Positions 1 through 10,000 of a stretch of 64,000 nt of DNA are shown piece by piece. Where the stretch lies: NCBI GenBank assembly GCA_018713865.1, contig DVOD01000046.1, positions 249-64,248 of the forward strand, read 5' to 3'. Source of the DNA: Candidatus Limenecus avicola (GTDB taxonomy: Bacteria > Cyanobacteriota > Vampirovibrionia > Gastranaerophilales > Gastranaerophilaceae). A model generated the notes under the pieces. That model was not told the origin of the DNA and did no database searches. It saw only the letters and a program-made list of their open reading frames with translations. How positions within the stretch are numbered: the first letter of the stretch is position 1; every line of letters starts with the position of its first letter. The translations under genes were made by a program, and so were the position numbers.

Positions 1-2
1 TC

Positions 3-605
3 GCTTTAATAACAACTTTTTTTCAGGTTCTTTTTTCGGCAATGGCCGGATTTGCTTTTGCCAGAGGCAGTTTTAGGCACAAAGATTTATTATTTTTTAT
101 GTTTCTTGTGACAATGATGATTCCGCCTCAGGTAAACATTATTCCTTTATTTTTTCTTATGAGAGAATTACACCTCATAGACACATATCAGGCTTTGATT
201 TTGCCGGGCGTATTCGGAGGTTTTGGCGTATTTTTGATGAGACAATGGTTCAAGAGCATGTCATCAGAAATTGAAGATGCTGCAAAAATTGACGGGTGCA
301 ACATGTGGCAAACGTTTTTTAAGATAGCTTTGCCATTATCACTCAGTGCCCTTGTAACCCTTGCCCTGTTCACGTTTATAACCACATGGAACAGTTTTAT
401 GTGGCCTTTAATCGTGACAAATTCTCCCGAAATAACCACCCTTCCGGTGGCATTATCAGCATTCAAAAGCAGCTTCCGCGAGACCGTCTTGTGGGGCGAT
501 TTAACAGCTTGTTCAATAGTTTTATCCCTACCTGTGACAGCTGTTTTCCTGCTTGGTAAGAAGTATTTTATAAGTGACATGTTATCTGGAGGAATAAAAG
601 AATAA
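3..605 (+). CDS. Carbohydrate ABC transporter permease (MalG/UgpE type), 5' end cut by the window edge
   Basis: The frame is open from base 3 with no stop before the listed ATG at 42. Multi-TM protein with the EAA loop of ABC importer permeases (EIEDAAKIDGCNMWQTFFKIALPL). Confidence 0.85.
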   Translation, partial: ALITTFFQVLFSAMAGFAFARGSFRHKDLLFFMFLVTMMIPPQVNIIPLFFLMRELHLIDTYQALILPGVFGGFGVFLMRQWFKSMSSEIEDAAKIDGCNMWQTFFKIALPLSLSALVTLALFTFITTWNSFMWPLIVTNSPEITTLPVALSAFKSSFRETVLWGDLTACSIVLSLPVTAVFLLGKKYFISDMLSGGIKE

Positions 606-695
606 AATTAATCAAAATTATCATCCATGTGGGTAATTCTTATTTGTGTAAAAACGATTTACTATGAACATCCACCCTAAAAAGAAGACAAGCTA

Positions 696-2135
696 ATGGA
701 AAAGACCGAAGGTAAAATTTTAATAGTTGACGATAATTCTTTAAACGCAGAATTGCTGGCAGAAACACTTGCACCTTTGAATTATGAAATGGTTGTATAC
801 TCTAATCCTGTCAAAGCACTTGAGGATTTAAAAAACACCAAGATTGATTTAGTGCTTACAGATGTTGTTATGCCTGCTATGGATGGGTTTTTCTTTGCAG
901 AACAATTTTTAAAGCAGCATCCAAACACTCCTGTTATTTATATCAGCAGCCATTTTGAAAATGAGAACAAAATAAAAAGCTACAATCTTGGCTCTTATAC
1001 TTATATTGAAAAACCTTTTGATGTAAAAACAACAAGAGCACAGGTTCAAAGTGTTTTGAATCTAAAAAAAGTTCAAGACGAGCTGCTGAAAAAAAATCAA
1101 AAGCTGGATATAATTTTTGAATTTTCTAAAAGTGAAATAATCATCACAGATTTAAATTTTGATATCACATCTCAAAACAATGTAATCTTAGACAAAGCAA
1201 AATATAATGGTAAAAATTTCTTCGAAATTTTAGCAATGCACAAAAATGACGAAGCAATAACTCTTTTGAAAAATTTTATTAAAAGCAAAAAATCTCATAC
1301 TTCTTTCAGATTTATTATCGACAATGATATTTATACAAAAACAGATATTTCAAAAATTTATTCCAACGAATGCCACACAGGTTATTTGATTCTTATCGAG
1401 AATAAAACTGAAGAAATAAAAAGAGAAGAACAGCGCGAAAATTTCATTGAAATGCTTACACACGATTTAAAAACTCCTGTCAGGGCAGAAAAAAGAGCGT
1501 TGGAGCTTTTGTATGACGGCAGTTTTGGTGAATTAAACAGCAACCAAAAAGATATCATCAAAGAAATTTTGAATTCATCAAGATACATGATGAGAATGAC
1601 TGACAATATACTTGCAAGATATAAGCTTGAAAGTGAAAATTATGCGCTTCATTTGACAACAAATTCGCTCAAGCAGACATTGCAAAACTGTATTGATGAA
1701 GTTTTGTACCTTTTTGAAGAAGGACAACAAACTCTTAAGGTCAACATAGATTTAGACAACGATGTATTTGAATATGACGAAAAAGAAATAAGTTTGGTAC
1801 TCACAAATCTTATTGTAAACGCCTCTGAATATTCTCCAAAAAATGCATTGATAAACGTTAACATCAAAAAAGAAGGCCAGAACATAGTTATTTCAATAAA
1901 AGACAATGGTCCGGGAATATCTAAAAAAGAACAAATAAATATTTTTAAAGAGCATTCCTCAAAAGAAACCAGATTTAAAAAAGTAGGCTCCGGTTTTGGG
2001 CTGTTTATTGTAAAAAATATAATAGAAGCTCACAACGGCAGTGTGTGGATTGAATCTGAAGAAAACAAAGGCTGCGAAATTATTTTATCTCTGCCATGCA
2101 CAAAAAATGCTTCTGTTCCCGTAAAAAATAATTAG
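696..2135 (+). CDS. Hybrid sensor histidine kinase with an N-terminal receiver domain
   Basis: Receiver domain (ILIVDDN ... DLVLTDVVMPAMDG ... EKPF). H-box MLTHDLKTP, N-box NLIVNASEYS, G1 DNGPGI, G2 GSGFGL. Confidence 0.85.
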   Translation: MEKTEGKILIVDDNSLNAELLAETLAPLNYEMVVYSNPVKALEDLKNTKIDLVLTDVVMPAMDGFFFAEQFLKQHPNTPVIYISSHFENENKIKSYNLGSYTYIEKPFDVKTTRAQVQSVLNLKKVQDELLKKNQKLDIIFEFSKSEIIITDLNFDITSQNNVILDKAKYNGKNFFEILAMHKNDEAITLLKNFIKSKKSHTSFRFIIDNDIYTKTDISKIYSNECHTGYLILIENKTEEIKREEQRENFIEMLTHDLKTPVRAEKRALELLYDGSFGELNSNQKDIIKEILNSSRYMMRMTDNILARYKLESENYALHLTTNSLKQTLQNCIDEVLYLFEEGQQTLKVNIDLDNDVFEYDEKEISLVLTNLIVNASEYSPKNALINVNIKKEGQNIVISIKDNGPGISKKEQINIFKEHSSKETRFKKVGSGFGLFIVKNIIEAHNGSVWIESEENKGCEIILSLPCTKNASVPVKNN

Positions 2136-2293
2136 ACAATTTTTATTGGCACATCATAATAGATATAATTTTTCACCACCGATTTTTTTGAAAACTTGCC
2201 TGTCAGATAAGAGGCATTGAAAGCATTTTTTAAAACAAATTCTTTTTGTTTGTTTAAATATTCCTCATTTGTATAAATTTGCATATCTCTCAT
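2132..2293 (-). CDS. Possible 53-aa small ORF (MRDMQIYTNEEYLNKQKEF...), below the ORF-track cutoff
   Basis: Hand translation of the 323-nt gap after the kinase gene. ATG at 2293; the stop overlaps the kinase stop by a few nt. Only a weak purine-rich stretch lies upstream, and I recognise no motif. Confidence 0.2.
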   Translation of the reverse strand: MRDMQIYTNEEYLNKQKEFVLKNAFNASYLTGKFSKKSVVKNYIYYDVPIKIV

Positions 2294-2458
2294 ATTACTC
2301 GTCTCTTTGTGTTTAAACTCTTTGCTCTATGGCCTTAACACTTAAGAATATGCTATATTTATTGATAAAAAGCCTTGCTCTTTTATCTCATTTTGAGGAT
2401 ACTTATAAGAGGCTTTTAAATTTCAATTTAATTTAAAATCACTTTAGAGGAACAAAAG

Positions 2459-4501
2459 TTGGACTGGAAGAAAAAGTTAAAGTTTGTGTTTATAACATCT
2501 GCATTTGCGGTATTAATTTTAATTGTTCTGAGCAATGTTGTAAAAATGACACAGGTGTCTGAAAAAGATTTCAAAACTTACAGACAGGGACTGGAATATT
2601 TAAATAAAAAAGATTATGAAAATGCTTATTTTAATTTTTCTAATGTTTCAAGAACCTCTGCTATATATGAAATTGCCCTGTTAAGACAAGCCCTTTGCGC
2701 TGACGAGCTCAATGACTCACAAACAGCATCAAAAAAATTCCGTATGTTTATAGAAAAATATCCGGAATCAATGTTTGTACAAAAAGCTTATTATGCCCTT
2801 GCACAAAACTACTTTAGAGAAAAGGAATATACTAAGGCTGAAAAAACTTTTAATGACATAAAGAAAAATTTTAAAGACAGCGAATACAAAACAGCCTCAA
2901 ACTATTATCTTGGCGTTATCTACAAACAAAAGGCAGAAGAAGATATCCAAAAAGATAATGAAAAAGAAGCATTTTCAAAAAAAATAAAAGCAAAAAATCA
3001 TTTTATACAATATATAGAAGAAGCACCCGGCGGCAGGTTTGCTATGAGCTGTATTACAGAGATTAATCAGCTGAAAACCCCGCTTGATCAAAGGGACTAT
3101 TTTGTAATCGGCCAGGCATATTACAAAAACGGTGCGCTTAAATCCGCGTTGGACAATTTTAATAAAGCATACATGTCCTCTTGCTGGGGGTATTTGAGCA
3201 TCATTTATACCAAGCTGGGTGATTATAAAAAAGCATCGGAAATTTTTGATAACAACTATCCAAAATACTCACAAAACCTGGATGATGAGGCTCTTTATAA
3301 AACTATTGAAAACTACGCATCAATTTGTCCTCAAGGTCCAAAAGAAGGCTGGAATAAAGCGCTGGCTGCCGCTCAATCAAATAATGCCAAAGGTGAAGAT
3401 TTTATCCTTTACAGGCTGACAAAATACGAAAATACCGAGGGAAAAAATCTTCTGTACACAAAAATTTATACAAAATTCCCTAACGGAAATTTTGCTTCAG
3501 ATGCAGTTGCAAACCTGTTTTGGCAAGCATACATAAACAAACAATTTCAAGAAGCGCTTCGTCTTGGACAAATCCATGCAAGAGATTATCAAAACACTAT
3601 TGCCGCACCAAAAGTTTTGTACTGGATGGGCAAGTTAACAACAAGGCTTGGCAACAAAGCCGAGGCAAAAGGTTTTTATCAAAAAATACTAGAAAAATAC
3701 CCTGATGATTATTATGCGTTTAGGGCAAGCAAACAGCTTAGTTACTCATACCATTCTGGATGGCAAACAAAATCATCTCACAGGCTTGTGGAAAAATCAC
3801 AGTACATACCTTTCCCTGCAAAGCATACAAGTATTTCTGATGACAGTTTAAAATTAATCACTACAATTTTAAAACTTAATGATTACAAGTTGCTTGGCGA
3901 AATAGATAAAGAAAATAAAGCAGTACAAAGCTGGCTAAATTACAGAGAAGGAAAATACGCAACCTCCGCATTGCTTGCAAGAGACGTTTTGAGCGAATAT
4001 GAAACAAAACCGCCATTTTCTGACAGCATATACAAACTTGCCTATCAATTGCATTATCAAGACACAATAAACGACTATGCAAAATTCTACAGGCTCGACC
4101 CGTATCTTGTAACAGCGCTAATTAGAGAAGAAAGTTATTTTAATCACAAAGCAGGAAGTGCAGCAGGAGCAAGGGGCCTTATGCAGCTAATGCCCGCAAC
4201 TGCAGCATATATTGCGCGAAGAAACGGCATAAGATACGCAGGTGCAGACTCTTTGTATAATCCAACCCTAAACATAGAACTTGGATGCGCATATCTGGAT
4301 TATGCAAAAGAAAGGCTGCACGAAGATGATTTGCTTGCTGTAGCATCATACAATGGTGGCCCTAATGCGGTATTAAGCTGGAAAGACACTCTAAATTATA
4401 GAAATTTTGATGAATTTATAGAAAATATTCCATACCCTGAAACAAGAGACTATGTGAAAAAAGTATACAGAAGTTACTGGGTATATCTCAATGTTTACTA
4501 A
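2459..4501 (+). CDS. Lytic murein transglycosylase (Slt70-like) with N-terminal TPR/superhelical repeats
   Basis: N-terminal TM/signal anchor and TPR-like repeats. C-terminal SLT domain motifs are LIREESYFNHKA (catalytic Glu), GLMQLMPATA and SYNGGPN. TTG start as given by the track. Confidence 0.85.
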   Translation: MDWKKKLKFVFITSAFAVLILIVLSNVVKMTQVSEKDFKTYRQGLEYLNKKDYENAYFNFSNVSRTSAIYEIALLRQALCADELNDSQTASKKFRMFIEKYPESMFVQKAYYALAQNYFREKEYTKAEKTFNDIKKNFKDSEYKTASNYYLGVIYKQKAEEDIQKDNEKEAFSKKIKAKNHFIQYIEEAPGGRFAMSCITEINQLKTPLDQRDYFVIGQAYYKNGALKSALDNFNKAYMSSCWGYLSIIYTKLGDYKKASEIFDNNYPKYSQNLDDEALYKTIENYASICPQGPKEGWNKALAAAQSNNAKGEDFILYRLTKYENTEGKNLLYTKIYTKFPNGNFASDAVANLFWQAYINKQFQEALRLGQIHARDYQNTIAAPKVLYWMGKLTTRLGNKAEAKGFYQKILEKYPDDYYAFRASKQLSYSYHSGWQTKSSHRLVEKSQYIPFPAKHTSISDDSLKLITTILKLNDYKLLGEIDKENKAVQSWLNYREGKYATSALLARDVLSEYETKPPFSDSIYKLAYQLHYQDTINDYAKFYRLDPYLVTALIREESYFNHKAGSAAGARGLMQLMPATAAYIARRNGIRYAGADSLYNPTLNIELGCAYLDYAKERLHEDDLLAVASYNGGPNAVLSWKDTLNYRNFDEFIENIPYPETRDYVKKVYRSYWVYLNVY

Positions 4502-4553
4502 AATTGCCTTACAGCATATATTCCAAATTTAAATTAAACGTTATAATAACCAT

Positions 4554-5534
4554 ATGCAAAAACTCGTTGAAATTAAAGATTTAAATATGTATTACCCGCT
4601 ACAATCCGGGTTTACATTCAATGGTTTTGGTAACCCAAAACAATATCTGCGCGCATTAAACGGAATCAATCTTGATATATACAAAGGCGAAATTCTAGGC
4701 TTGGTGGGAGAGTCAGGCTGCGGAAAATCAACACTGGGCAAATCTGTTTTAAAACTGATAAATCCGGAAGGTTTTGTTTTTTTTGAAAACGAAAATGTGC
4801 TTGATTTGGACACAAAGCAATTGAAAAATTTTAGAAAAAAATCGCAAATGATTTTTCAAAACCCCTACTCGAGCCTCGACCCAAGAATGACAATATACCG
4901 TCTTTTAAGAGAACCTCTTGTTGTGCACGGAATAAGAGACAAACAGGAAATAAATACGAGAATCCACGAAATAATCAGTCTTGTGGGTTTAAGCGAAGAA
5001 GACCTAAAACGCTACCCGCACGAGTTTTCCGGCGGGCAAAGACAAAGAATAGCAATTGCAAGAGCTTTGATATTAAAACCACAATTCCTCGTTGCAGATG
5101 AGCCTGTTTCTGCGTTGGATGTGAGTATTCAAGCGCAGATTATTACTCTTTTAAAGGAGTTAAAAGACAAGCTCAATTTAACTATTCTTTTTATATCTCA
5201 TGACCTTGGTGTAGTAAAATATTTATCTGACAGAATAGCTGTTATGTATCTGGGTGATATTGTGGAACTTGCCAAAGCTGATGAGCTGTTTAAAGATCCA
5301 AGACACCCTTACACACAGGCTCTTATATCAGCGGTGCCCTCTATCCACAAAAAACAAGGAGAAGAAATAAAACTCACAGGAGACCTTCCCTCACCTGTTA
5401 ACCCGCCAAAGGCTTGCAAATTCCATACCAGATGCCATTATGCAAAAGATATTTGCTCTGACATAAAAATAGGAGAGCCTAAAATAATTAAAATTTCAGA
5501 CTCTCACTATGTTAAATGTCATTTATACGATTAA
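4554..5534 (+). CDS. Oligopeptide/dipeptide-type ABC transporter ATP-binding protein (OppF/DppF family)
   Basis: Walker A GESGCGKST, signature FSGGQRQR, Walker B LVADEPVSALD. C-terminal Opp-type extension (HPYTQALISAVP ... CKFHTRC). No cognate permease or binding-protein gene is adjacent. Confidence 0.85.
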   Translation: MQKLVEIKDLNMYYPLQSGFTFNGFGNPKQYLRALNGINLDIYKGEILGLVGESGCGKSTLGKSVLKLINPEGFVFFENENVLDLDTKQLKNFRKKSQMIFQNPYSSLDPRMTIYRLLREPLVVHGIRDKQEINTRIHEIISLVGLSEEDLKRYPHEFSGGQRQRIAIARALILKPQFLVADEPVSALDVSIQAQIITLLKELKDKLNLTILFISHDLGVVKYLSDRIAVMYLGDIVELAKADELFKDPRHPYTQALISAVPSIHKKQGEEIKLTGDLPSPVNPPKACKFHTRCHYAKDICSDIKIGEPKIIKISDSHYVKCHLYD

Positions 5535-5537
5535 TGT

Positions 5538-6014
5538 CTACTTTGCATATTTCAAAAACTTTTGTTGTTTTGTATACATCATTTCTTCTTTGATTTTGAG
5601 TTTACCGCTTGCATCCGGTCCAATTACAAAATGTGCAGGGATTTTATAATCACTTGTTGATGGTTGTCTTTTGCAGGTGATTTTATAATCATTGCCTTGT
5701 TTTGTTATTTTTCTTTCTGTGTAGAAATTTTTGTATTTATTAATTTTTGCAAGGTTAGCACCGATTCTCATCTGGTTAAAATACTGTTTTGTATCAGCAG
5801 TAACAGTAGCAGTGGTGCCATCCGGTTTCATTACCACTCTTATGATTTTTGCATCAGGTGCATAAAAAGAGGTAATTGTATCACTGTATGAATTTGCAGC
5901 GCTAACGTAATTGTTGAAAAAGGACAATACCTGTTCCGGAGTAGTAGCTGCATTTGCGGCGGTCATTATACCTGTAATCAGCAAAGCTGTTAATAAACTC
6001 AATATTTTTTTCAT
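5538..6014 (-). CDS. Secreted hypothetical protein (signal peptide)
   Basis: N-terminus MKKILSLLTALLITGIMTAANA is a typical Sec signal. Coding-like composition and a GGAG-type RBS upstream. Function not recognised. Confidence 0.55.
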   Translation of the reverse strand: MKKILSLLTALLITGIMTAANAATTPEQVLSFFNNYVSAANSYSDTITSFYAPDAKIIRVVMKPDGTTATVTADTKQYFNQMRIGANLAKINKYKNFYTERKITKQGNDYKITCKRQPSTSDYKIPAHFVIGPDASGKLKIKEEMMYTKQQKFLKYAK

Positions 6015-6155
6015 TTATAAAAATCTCCTTCTCTCTTTTTTATTTAATAGTACACATATTATATAACGAAAACACCGCCTTAAAGTTCAAATAAAATTGA
6101 ATATTTTGCAAAACAAAATAAGATTTCAAATTAATATACAGTTGGCAAAATTTTG

Positions 6156-7004
6156 TTAATTTCCGGAAACTTGAAGTAAGCTGTAAGCAGCACTCCAGGG
6201 GTTAGTGGATTTTGCCATATTTCTAACTCTTTTTAGTTTGTCTTTTTTCAATTTTTCCTGTTCTTTTTTTGCTTTTGCAAGTTTTTTAGCATCAGCATTT
6301 CTTATCTTTAAGTTCGCATAAATGAGATTGAGCGCCTGTTGATAAGAATCTGTTTTATAATTTGCTTTAACCTGTTCAGGATAATTATAGTTTGCGTAAT
6401 CATAGATGTTCATAATTCTTTCTTCGCAAGACAAATCAGAATCCAACAAGCCTCCGTTTTTGGCAATATCGGATTTATAAACCACAGAAATTAAAGCAAG
6501 CGGGTTATATTTTGCGCTCATCATAAGATCAACTGCTGTTATATCAGCCTCTTTTTGATTATCTTTGCTTACCTTGCTTGATGAGATTGCCTTGAGCAAA
6601 TCAACTGTTGCAGCACCTTTTTCTGATGATGTTGTGGGGTTGAAAGAAGAAATTGCACCGTTTAACAGTGATGATTTTGTATAGTGTCCGTTCACAAGGT
6701 GGCCGATTTCGTGTGCAACCACAGCAGCAAGTTCATTGTCATTTTCAACATATTTTAAATCACCTGAATATATGTAAACATATTGCGTTGTATTGGTATT
6801 AGATGCATTCATATCTACATTATCTGTCACTTTAAAGGTAACGGTTGAAGGCATTTTATTTGCTTTGATAATATTTTGGCCAATTGTATTTAAGTGGCTC
6901 ACATTTTTGGTATCAAACCAGTTTGTTGAGGTATTGTAAGAAGCAGCAAAAGCACCGGCTGCACTCAATACAAAACACAATAAAATTCCGAATAACTTTT
7001 TCAT
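6156..7004 (-). CDS. Secreted M48-family zinc metallopeptidase with a Lys-rich C-terminal tail
   Basis: Signal peptide MKKLFGILLCFVLSAAGAFA. HExxH motif in AVVAHEIGHLVNGH. C-terminal KKLAKAKKEQEKLKKDKLKR. Confidence 0.7.
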   Translation of the reverse strand: MKKLFGILLCFVLSAAGAFAASYNTSTNWFDTKNVSHLNTIGQNIIKANKMPSTVTFKVTDNVDMNASNTNTTQYVYIYSGDLKYVENDNELAAVVAHEIGHLVNGHYTKSSLLNGAISSFNPTTSSEKGAATVDLLKAISSSKVSKDNQKEADITAVDLMMSAKYNPLALISVVYKSDIAKNGGLLDSDLSCEERIMNIYDYANYNYPEQVKANYKTDSYQQALNLIYANLKIRNADAKKLAKAKKEQEKLKKDKLKRVRNMAKSTNPWSAAYSLLQVSGN

Positions 7005-7042
7005 ATTTATACTCCCTTCTTTTGCATGTATATTATAACAAA

Positions 7043-7077
7043 TAAAAAAGCGGGACCGTTAAGATACCGCTTTTTTT
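7043..7077 (-). terminator. Hairpin flanked by A and T runs downstream of rpoC2
   Basis: The plus strand reads AAAAAAGCGG-N13-CCGCTTTTTTT. On the minus strand a T run follows the hairpin just after the rpoC2 stop. The stem is short (4-5 bp). Confidence 0.45.
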
Positions 7078-7091
7078 ATTAAGAATATTAA

Positions 7092-10000
7092 TTATTCTAC
7101 AGTAAAGTCGGGAGCACCGAACATACCTTCAATTTCTTCCAAAATTGCGGAAGGTTTTCTGGCATTGTTCTTTTGTGCTGCTCTTCTTTGAGCTTCTTTA
7201 TCTTTTTCTTCAGAAGCGTGAGTCAAGTGGTAGTAACCTGTACCGGCAGGAATTAATCTACCGATGATTACGTTTTCTTTAAGACCTCTTAACAAGTCTT
7301 TTTTACCATCTACAGCTGCTTCTGTAAGGATTCTTGTAGTTTCCTGGAAGGATGCTGCAGAGATAAAGCTTTCTGTGTTCAAAGAAGCTTTTGTGATACC
7401 GAGCAATACAGGTTCGTAAGTAGCGGGAGCGCCGCCGGCTTCTTCAACTGTTTGGTTTTCGATTTCAAGAGCTTGAATTTCAACCAATTCACCCGGTAAG
7501 AGTTTTGTATCGCCTGATTCAAGTACTTTAACTTTCTTAGTCATCTGACGAACAATGATTTCAACGTGTTTATCAGCAATTTCTACACCTTGAGAACGGT
7601 ATACTCTTTGTACTTCATCAACAAGGTATTGTTGAGCGGCTTCGATACCGTTCAATCTGATAACGTCATGCGGGTTCAAAGGTCCGCTTGTTAACGGTTG
7701 ACCTACGCTGATTTTTTGTTTGTCTTGAACAATGATGTTAGAGTCAATCGGGTATTTGATTTCTGTTCTGCCGTTTTCGTTAACGAGGTACAGTCTCGGT
7801 ACATCGTCTTCGATTTCGATTTCAGCAACAGCGTCAAATTCGGCAAGAATAGCAGAATCTTTAGGTTTACGACCTTCTAACAATTCTTCTACTCTCGGAA
7901 GACCCTGTACGATGTCACCTGTTTTTTGTCTTTCAAATACAAGGTTGGCTAACATATCACCGCGCAGTACGAGAGAACCTGAATCAACCTGTAACATAGT
8001 ACCGGGGCTGATTAAGTAAGGACGACCGATTCTTACTGTTACAGAATCTTTAGCTACTGCAACAACCTGACCTGATGTCGGAGTAGTTTCTCCACTTTCA
8101 GAGATAACACCGTCACGTCTTACAAAGTCACCTTCTTTAACAACCGGTTTAGTTTTCAGTTTGATTGTTTGTTCTACGTTGTCAGAGATAAGAAGCAATC
8201 TTCTTAAGTCTTCTTTGTCTGATTTAATGCTTGCAACACCGTCATTGATAGCAAGTACCTGAGTTTTTGCAACAGGTTCTTTAGGAGCAATAACCTGTCC
8301 GTTTTCAACAAGCAGTTCTGTTTGCAATGAAGCTTTATTTGTACCTTCAACTTCACGTCTTACGATTAAAGTTTCCAATACAACAACTTTAAGCTCGTTT
8401 TCGTTGATCATTTCAACCATACCTTTGAGGTGGCTCAAATAACCCTGCATTTGAAGAACAAGACTTGTTCTTGTCAATGTTGCACCGTCGAGGTTTCTTA
8501 CTCTTGCACCGTCTTTGTACTGCAATTGAGTAACAGGAACGATGCTGATCGCTTCATCTGTGCTTTCGAATTCGATGCTTACAGATTTAGGCTGAATATC
8601 AAACTGCTGAACAGGTCTTACAAGGATTTGTACAGGTTTGTTAGCAATTGAATCATCATCAAGAGAAGTTACATCGATATCTTCGTCGAGGTCATCAATA
8701 GCAAGGCTGTCATCTTCTGATTCGAGAATAGTTACGATAGAAGTTTCTTTAGCTTTAATTTTGCCTGCGATAACAGTGCCTTTTTCAACAACTTCGCCTT
8801 CTTCCACTTTTAAGTCGCCGATTGATTCAAGTGTATGAATTTCGCCGGGTCTTACTATTACTTCGTGGATGATATCGTTAAATTCTTTGATTTCAACAAT
8901 ACCATCAATGTGTGTATAAAGGTCTTTAACAACCTCTGTACCTGCAGTAACAAAAGTATTATTTTCAACCATTTTTAAAGTAACGTCTTTATTAATCTGG
9001 TGAACTTCTTCAGGAATAAATACTACAGAGCCGGGTTTTGTGATGATTTGATTTTCATCTACTTCAATACCCATGTATCTGATTTCGCCTGAAGATTGAA
9101 CGGAATATTCATCGTCGATTAACTCAGCAATAATCATTCCGTTTTCTACAGTTGTATCAGCAGGAGATTTAACAATGTATTTTTCGCCTGTAGAGTCAAC
9201 TGTCCAGAATTGTTCTTTTTTAGTAGTTTCAAAAGTTGCGTTTGAAGGAGCAATAGAAGCAATAACAATTGTCAATTCTTTACCTTGAACAATTTTCTTG
9301 ATCTTTTTACCTTCAAATTTAACTTCTTCAACAACGAGGTTTTCACCAACTCTTACCTCACCGCCGTGTTCTGATGAAATATGAGTTTCAGCGAGTTTTT
9401 CACCTGTTTTGATTTTCTGGCCGTCTTTAACAAGGATTTTAGAACCGCCGGGAAGGTTGTATACGTCACCGCCCAATACCCAAACAATACCGTTTTTGTT
9501 TGCAGTTCTTGAAACGTTGCCCTGTCTGTCTTTCTTTTCGTCAGCCACAAAATCTTCAAAGAATACTTCACCTGACAAATCAGAGTTGATATCCTTTGTA
9601 GCTTTTTCTGTCAAACGGCTGCCGTCACCTGATGAAGCAGGTTCGAATTCACAGATCGGATCGCCTTTTTTGAGTTGCATACCATTAACCACATACATTT
9701 TTGCACCTGTAGGGATATGGTATTTTCTAGTCATTTTAGCGCCTTTTAATTCGAGGTCGCCTTCTTGGATGTTAACCTGTACGATATCACCGTGACGTGT
9801 TCTCAATTCTTTTGTTTTTAATTTAGAAATGATTTCACCGTCAATATCAGCGTCAATGTGCTTCATGGCACCTGAACCTTTGAATACACCACCGGTGTGG
9901 AAGGTTCTCATTGTAAGCTGTGTACCGGGTTCACCGATTGATTGAGCTGCGATAATACCAATAGCTTCACCAACATCAACCATTTTTTGAGTAGTCATTG

